Assembly: GCA_965206645.1 (NCBI GenBank)
Contig: CBDBKE010000004.1
Span: forward strand, 352,001-416,000
DNA: 64,000 nucleotides
Source: Terriglobia bacterium
GTDB taxonomy: Bacteria > Acidobacteriota > Terriglobia > JAJPHL01 > JAPKYU01
Reading direction: 5' to 3'
Part shown: positions 58,815 to 64,000 of the stretch, in pieces
Layout of the letters: the number at the start of each line of letters is the position of its first letter
Position numbering within the stretch: position 1 is the first letter of the stretch
The notes under the pieces: model-generated
What the model was told of the DNA's origin: nothing
What the model saw: the letters and a program-made list of their open reading frames with translations, nothing else
Database searches by the model: none
Translations under genes and position numbers: made by a program

Positions 58815-59675
58815 TCAATTCGCTTCGTCGAGAAACTGCTGCAGGGCCTGGCGCCACTCCCACAGTGGCCCGACGCTGAGCTGGGCAAGCCGGCAACTGC
58901 TCAGGACGCCATAAGCGGGACGAGGGGCAGGCCGAGCTGATTCATCGCTGCTAATTGGTTCGACGGGCACCGGCGAAGCTAAACCTCTGGTAGCTGCCTC
59001 TTCGAGGATCGCCAAGGCGAATTCGTACCGAGAGCAGAAGCCCCCGCCAGCCGCATGCACAATCCCGGTGGCGTCGGTCGCCAGCAACGCAACGAGAGCC
59101 TCGGCGAGATCGCGCGTCCAGGTTGGACAGCCCACTTGGTCATGAACAACCCGAAGGGGCTGGCCGCGTCGTGCTCGCTCCAGAATAGCGCTGATGAAGT
59201 GACGCCCGTAGCGGCCATACACCCAGGCGGTGCGCACGACAAGATGGTCAGGGTGTTCCCGCACGGCGCGCTCGCCTTCAAGCTTGGAGCGGCCATAGAC
59301 GCTCAGGGGATTCGTGGCGTCCGCCTCCATGTAGGGGCGGCGCAGGGTGCCATCGAAGACGTAGTCAGTACTGATGTAGATCAGCCGCGCGCCGCACTCG
59401 GCGGCGGCCTGAGCTACATTGCGCGCTCCCTCGGCATTCACCTGCATCGCCTGGGTCGGGTTGAGTTCGCACCCGTCCACATCGGTATAGGCCGCGGCGT
59501 GGACCACGGCCTGCGGACGGGCGGTACCCAAACTGGTGCGAACTGCCTCTGGCTGGGTGATATCGCAGTCGGACCTGCTTAACAAAACCAGCTCATGACG
59601 TTGGGAGGCAGACGAAAGCACGCCGGCCAGTTCACGCCCAAGCATGCCTGCCGCCCCGGTCACAGCGACCCGCAT
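58815..59675 (-). CDS. rfbD: dTDP-4-dehydrorhamnose reductase
   Basis: GAAGMLG, AAYTDVD.CE, STDYVFDG, YGRSK, DQVGCPT. Confidence 0.95.
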   Translation of the reverse strand: MRVAVTGAAGMLGRELAGVLSSASQRHELVLLSRSDCDITQPEAVRTSLGTARPQAVVHAAAYTDVDGCELNPTQAMQVNAEGARNVAQAAAECGARLIYISTDYVFDGTLRRPYMEADATNPLSVYGRSKLEGERAVREHPDHLVVRTAWVYGRYGRHFISAILERARRGQPLRVVHDQVGCPTWTRDLAEALVALLATDATGIVHAAGGGFCSRYEFALAILEEAATRGLASPVPVEPISSDESARPAPRPAYGVLSSCRLAQLSVGPLWEWRQALQQFLDEAN

Positions 59676-59679
59676 GGCC

Positions 59680-60729
59680 TCAGGACTCGCCGCTCTGGCC
59701 GCCTAGCATGGCGCTCAGCGACTCCTCACGCCGGGTGTAATGCCGTTCGTAGTACTGGCGGTAGGCACCGTCGCGCACGCGCGCGACCCACTCCGGGTGC
59801 TCCACGTACCAGGCGACCGTCTTGCGGATGCGCGCAGGGAAGCTCTCCCGCGGCAACCAACCCAACCGGGTTTGCAGCTTGGAGCAGTCCAGGGCGTAGC
59901 GACGGTCGTGCGCCGGGCGGTCCGCTACGAACGCAATCAGCGAGCTGGGCTTGTTTAGAAGTTGAAGCACGCTGCGGGCCACTTCCAGATTGGTCCGCTG
60001 CTCGGCGACACCGATGTTGTAAATCTCGCCCGGCTCGCCCCGGTGGAGCAACAGGTCCAGCGCCCGGCAGTGGTCTTCCACGTAAAGCCAGTCACGCACG
60101 TGCAGGCCATCGCCGTAGACGGGCACCGGGCGGTCCTCCAGGGCGTTGGCGATCACGAGCGGGATGAATTTCTCGGGGAATTGGAATGGGCCGTAGTTGT
60201 TCGAAGCACGACTGATCAGCGCAGGTACACGGTAAGTGCGGGCGTAAGCCAGCACCAGCATGTCGGAGGCGGCCTTGGCCGCCGCGTAGGGGTTGGTCGG
60301 CGACAGCAGCGCATCCTCGCCGGCCCAACGGACCTCCGGAAGCGAGCCGTACACCTCGTCGGTGGAGACGTGCACGAACTGCTTCACCTTGGCGCGGCGC
60401 GCGCACTCCAGTAAGGTGTGCGTTCCCCAGACATTGGTCTCCAGGAAGGGAGCGGCGCTTTCGATGCTGCGGTCCACGTGCGATTCGGCCGCCAGATGCA
60501 CAACAGCGTCGACATCCGCCATCAGCTGCTCGACCAGCTCCGCGTTGCACACATCGCCCTGGACGAAACGGTAATTGCTGGCATGGCTGCAGTCCGACAG
60601 GTTCTCCAGGTTCCCGGCGTAGGTCAGCTTGTCCAGGTTGGTGATGTGGTAGTTTGGATGCTCCTGAAGCAGGAAGCGGATGAAGTTCGAGCCGATGAAG
60701 CCTGCCCCACCCGTCACCAGCACGCGCAT
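59680..60729 (-). CDS. rfbB: dTDP-glucose 4,6-dehydratase
   Basis: GGAGFIGSNF, DKLTYAGN, AAESHVDRSI, STDEVYG, NNYGP.QFPEK. Confidence 0.96.
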   Translation of the reverse strand: MRVLVTGGAGFIGSNFIRFLLQEHPNYHITNLDKLTYAGNLENLSDCSHASNYRFVQGDVCNAELVEQLMADVDAVVHLAAESHVDRSIESAAPFLETNVWGTHTLLECARRAKVKQFVHVSTDEVYGSLPEVRWAGEDALLSPTNPYAAAKAASDMLVLAYARTYRVPALISRASNNYGPFQFPEKFIPLVIANALEDRPVPVYGDGLHVRDWLYVEDHCRALDLLLHRGEPGEIYNIGVAEQRTNLEVARSVLQLLNKPSSLIAFVADRPAHDRRYALDCSKLQTRLGWLPRESFPARIRKTVAWYVEHPEWVARVRDGAYRQYYERHYTRREESLSAMLGGQSGES

Positions 60730-60731
60730 GG

Positions 60732-61382
60732 TTACCTGTACTGGGTTTCCCAGTCGTAGTTGATGTCTGGGTCGTTGTAGGGGATGCGGCCTTCGTCCTT
60801 CGGATCGTAGAAGTGGTCCGTGGCGTAGACTAGCAGCGCCGGCCGGGTCCCCAGCACCTTATAACCATGGCCCACTCCGGGCGGGATCCGCAACGACCAG
60901 GGCCGCAGCTCGCCCATGTACAGCGTATTCTTCATCCCGAAACTGGGTGATCCCACCCGCAGGTCGTACAGACTCACCTGTAGCATGCCCAGGACCGGCG
61001 CCCAAACGTCGGTCTGGCGCAAGTGGTAATGCAGAGCCTTGATCGTGCCGGGATAGGAGAGCGCGGCCGAAACTTGCAACGCGGCGACGGAAAGGCCGCC
61101 CTCCAGGCCCTGGCCGACCCGCAACACCTCCAGGAGGTAGCCGCGGTCGTCCGGCCAGAGTTGGAGAGGAACAATGCCGACTCCCTCGATGAGTCGCCCG
61201 GACCCCTCCTTGACAATTACTTCCCCGAGACCGCGCTGGCCTCCGGCAGCGATGGCTAACTCCAGTCCCTCCCCCTGCGCTACCGGTTTCAGCTTCGCTC
61301 CGACTTTCTGTCCCAACGACGCCACAGCCCTCCTAGCGGCGGATGACGCTTGCCACACCGACATCGTCCGTTTTGTTTGCAC
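60732..61382 (-). CDS. rfbC: dTDP-4-dehydrorhamnose 3,5-epimerase (start uncertain)
   Basis: DDRGY..E, KALHYH, DLR.GSPSFG, IPPGVGHGY. Confidence 0.88.
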   Translation of the reverse strand: MQTKRTMSVWQASSAARRAVASLGQKVGAKLKPVAQGEGLELAIAAGGQRGLGEVIVKEGSGRLIEGVGIVPLQLWPDDRGYLLEVLRVGQGLEGGLSVAALQVSAALSYPGTIKALHYHLRQTDVWAPVLGMLQVSLYDLRVGSPSFGMKNTLYMGELRPWSLRIPPGVGHGYKVLGTRPALLVYATDHFYDPKDEGRIPYNDPDINYDWETQYR

Positions 61383-62097
61383 CGGTTTCGGCCACCAGAT
61401 TGGTCGCCCGGCGCAGCGACTCGAAAGTGCCGGCGTCGGTCCACCAGCCCTCGAGAAAATCGTAGGTCATCGTGCCCTCCCGGATGTACTGGTTGTTCAC
61501 GTCGGTGATCTCCAGTTCTCCACGGGCCGAAGGTTCTAACTCCCCGATTTTCTCAAAGACCGTCGAATCGTACATGTACACGCCGGTCACCGCGTACCGC
61601 GACTTGGGGAGCCGCGGCTTTTCCTCGATGCCTACCACGCGTCCGTCGCACACTTCAGCCACTCCAAAGCGCTCAGCGTCTTCCACCTCTTTCAGCAGCA
61701 ACCTGGCGCCACACGACTGCTGCAGGAAATCGGCGACCGGTCCGGCGATGTTTCTCTCAATGATGTTGTCGCCCAGGATCACGCAGATGCGATGATCGTC
61801 GGCGAAATGCTGGGCCAGCGACAGCGCCTCCGCGATGCCGCCCTCCCCTTCCTGGTAGGTGTAGTTGACGTGACTCAGCCCGAATTCCTTCCCGTTGGCC
61901 AACAGACGCAGGAAATCACCGGCGTTTTTCCCACCAGTGACCACCAGGATGTCTCGAATCCCTGCGTTCACCAGCGTCTCGATCGGGTAGTAAATCATCG
62001 GTTTGTTGTGCACAGGAAGCAGGTGCTTATTGGTAATCTTGGTGAGCGGATCGAGCCGACTCCCGGTCCCGCCCGCAAGCACTACCCCTTTGAGCAT
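61333..62097 (-). CDS. rfbA: Glucose-1-phosphate thymidylyltransferase
   Basis: LAGGTGSRL.PLT...NKHLLPV, LGDN, EEKP, RGELEITD, W.DAGT. Confidence 0.92.
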   Translation of the reverse strand: MLKGVVLAGGTGSRLDPLTKITNKHLLPVHNKPMIYYPIETLVNAGIRDILVVTGGKNAGDFLRLLANGKEFGLSHVNYTYQEGEGGIAEALSLAQHFADDHRICVILGDNIIERNIAGPVADFLQQSCGARLLLKEVEDAERFGVAEVCDGRVVGIEEKPRLPKSRYAVTGVYMYDSTVFEKIGELEPSARGELEITDVNNQYIREGTMTYDFLEGWWTDAGTFESLRRATNLVAETGANKTDDVGVASVIRR

Positions 62098-62345
62098 AGG
62101 CGGTAATCCTCCGCTGTCCTGCACCACAAGAAGGGAGTCATGGCGCGCATTCCAGGTTTCAGACGCCACCGGAGAACTCTGAATGGCGAAGGCCCTATTG
62201 GGCAAGACGCCAAGTATACAAGCTTTTCCCGAGCCAGGAAACAGCTTATTGCTCCTGGAGACGAGCGCCTGGGATTGTGAACGTGTGTCTCAGAATGCCC
62301 AGGTGTTACAATACGGGCTCCAATTTACAGAGAAAAACAAACGAT

Positions 62346-62738
62346 ATGCCATGTGAACGCTTCGACTGGCAGACGCTGCCTCGCGAGCAACTCAGTCCGG
62401 GGTTGGCACGGCAGTTCATTTCCGGGGAGAAGGCGACGGTGGCGCTCTTCCGTTTCCGGAAGGGCGGTACCGTGCCAGCTCACTCGCATGAAAATGAACA
62501 GCTGAGTTACGTTCTGGAGGGCTCGCTGCGGTTCCATCTCGAGGACCAGAAGTCGCCGCAAGGCCAGAAACAGGGGGAAGGCGCCCGGGAGCTCGACGTG
62601 CAGGCGGGCCAGGTGCTGCTGATTCCCTCCCACGTCGCCCACAGCGCACTGGCGTTGGAGGACTCGGTGGTGCTGGACATTTTCAGCCCCATCCGCAAGG
62701 ACTGGCTGAGTGGGGCTGACGCCTACCTGCGAGGCTGA
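62346..62738 (+). CDS. Cupin domain protein
   Basis: HSHENEQ...VLEG, IP..V.H, D.FSP.R.DWL. Confidence 0.88.
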   Translation: MPCERFDWQTLPREQLSPGLARQFISGEKATVALFRFRKGGTVPAHSHENEQLSYVLEGSLRFHLEDQKSPQGQKQGEGARELDVQAGQVLLIPSHVAHSALALEDSVVLDIFSPIRKDWLSGADAYLRG

Positions 62739-62755
62739 GGCCGCAGCAAACCAGC

Positions 62756-63547
62756 ATGGATTTGGGGATTCGTGACCGGGTAGCCATCGTGGCCGCCTCC
62801 AGCCGCGGCCTGGGCAAAGCCGTCGCAACGGCCTTGGCCGCCGAGGGCGCGCGCGTGGCGATGTGCTCGCGCAATGCCGAGGCCGTCGAGGCCGCCGCCC
62901 GCGACATCGCCAGCCGTCACGGTGTGGAGGTGTTCGCGCGCCCCGTGGATGTAACTCAGCAGGACCGGGTGCGCGAGTTCGTGCGGGAGGTAGCCGAGCA
63001 CTTCGGGCGCATTGACATCTGCGTGACCAATGCCGGCGGACCCCCCGCCAAGACCTTCCTCAATATCAGCCGCGAGGAGTGGTTGGCGGCGGTCGAGCTG
63101 AACCTGATGAGCACCATCTACCTGGCCCGTGAAGTGATTCCGCATATGCAGCGGCAGCAGTGGGGCCGATTGGTCACCATCACTTCGGTGTCGGTCAAGC
63201 AACCGCTGGACAACCTGCTGCTGTCAAATTCGGTGCGGGCGGGTGTGACCGGGCTGGCCAAGACCCTGGCCAACGAGTTTGGTAAGGACAACATCACCGT
63301 CAACAACGTCTGTCCGGGCTACATGCTGACCGACCGGCTGGAGGAGATGTCCGGGGTGCAGGCGCTGGCCGAAGGCATCAGCCGGCAAGACCTCCAGACC
63401 CGCTGGGCCCAGAACGTGCCCGTGAGACGCCTGGGTAAGCCCGAGGAATTTGGGGCGGTGGTGGCGTTCCTTTGCTCTGAACGCGCCAGCTACCTCAGCG
63501 GCGTCAGCGTCCAGATAGACGGGGGCCTCATCAAGGGGTTGTTCTAA
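62756..63547 (+). CDS. SDR family oxidoreductase
   Basis: AASSRGLG, NAGGPP, SNSVRAG, GKPEEF. Confidence 0.9.
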   Translation: MDLGIRDRVAIVAASSRGLGKAVATALAAEGARVAMCSRNAEAVEAAARDIASRHGVEVFARPVDVTQQDRVREFVREVAEHFGRIDICVTNAGGPPAKTFLNISREEWLAAVELNLMSTIYLAREVIPHMQRQQWGRLVTITSVSVKQPLDNLLLSNSVRAGVTGLAKTLANEFGKDNITVNNVCPGYMLTDRLEEMSGVQALAEGISRQDLQTRWAQNVPVRRLGKPEEFGAVVAFLCSERASYLSGVSVQIDGGLIKGLF

Positions 63548-63629
63548 TTCTCGGAAAGGCAGGACGCCAGTTCGTCCGGACCCTAGATAAAAAACCCAAT
63601 TGGGAACCTAGTCTTTAGGAGGCTTTGAC

Positions 63630-64000
63630 ATGAAACGAGAGATGGTCTTTTTCGCGCTTGTCATCCTCATTGGAGGTTTTGTACATGGGCAGGAGCTGGA
63701 CCCAGCCACACGCTGGGCCACCATTGCATTCAGCGAGTATCGGGTTTCATCCAACATCGTTTACAAAACTGCAAGCGGTCACGACCTCAAGCTCGATGTC
63801 ATCACCGCCGGCAATCCAGAGGAAGTCCGGCCCACCCTCATCTTCATCCACGGAGGCGGCTGGGTGGGATCCAGCAAGGAACAATTCATGTTGTTCCCCC
63901 TCCCCTATCTGGCCCGCGGGATGAATGTGGTCAACGTGCAATACCGCCTGGCACGGATGTCACTGGCGCCGGCGGCGGTCGAAGACTGCCGGTGCGCGCT
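63630..64000 (+). CDS. Secreted alpha/beta hydrolase (esterase), 3' partial
   Basis: AGGAGG RBS; MKREMVFFAL.. signal peptide; LKLDV, FIHGGGW..GSK-like, VQYRLA...APAAVEDCRCA; runs off the window. Confidence 0.88.
   Translation, partial: MKREMVFFALVILIGGFVHGQELDPATRWATIAFSEYRVSSNIVYKTASGHDLKLDVITAGNPEEVRPTLIFIHGGGWVGSSKEQFMLFPLPYLARGMNVVNVQYRLARMSLAPAAVEDCRCA

Overview
GC-rich bacterial chromosomal segment, most likely from an Acidobacteriota genome (acidobacterial-type VWA, OmpA, FecR-like and SBBP/TIGR03437-type proteins, fused LptFG, single-domain Clp ATPase). All family assignments come from motif recognition, not database searches. Housekeeping genes include rpsO, pnp, argS, metG, tatD, polyprenyl synthase, hemW, ltaE, mtnP, mce and meaB. 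There are two IS3-family elements, scattered GTAG-type REP palindromes, and a dTDP-rhamnose/ABC-transporter surface-polysaccharide cluster. Main highlights: (1) a PlsR/PlsA-like (Ger-like) Fe-S ester-reductase pair at 9.7-15.1 kb, a candidate ether-lipid synthase, preceded by an 11-bp direct-repeat box and followed by four uncharacterised genes; (2) a 28-bp XerC/XerD dif-like site at 48159-48186 with an apparent KOPS polarity switch, suggesting the window spans the replication terminus; (3) several disrupted genes: an MgtE-N/Nramp-like pair with three lesions, an acyl-CoA dehydrogenase with an in-frame TGA, and a secreted protein broken by an 11-bp duplication; (4) unusual members of the polysaccharide cluster: Wzm with an extra N-terminal domain, a RusA-like insert and a tandem-domain unknown. 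No rRNA, tRNA or CRISPR array was seen.
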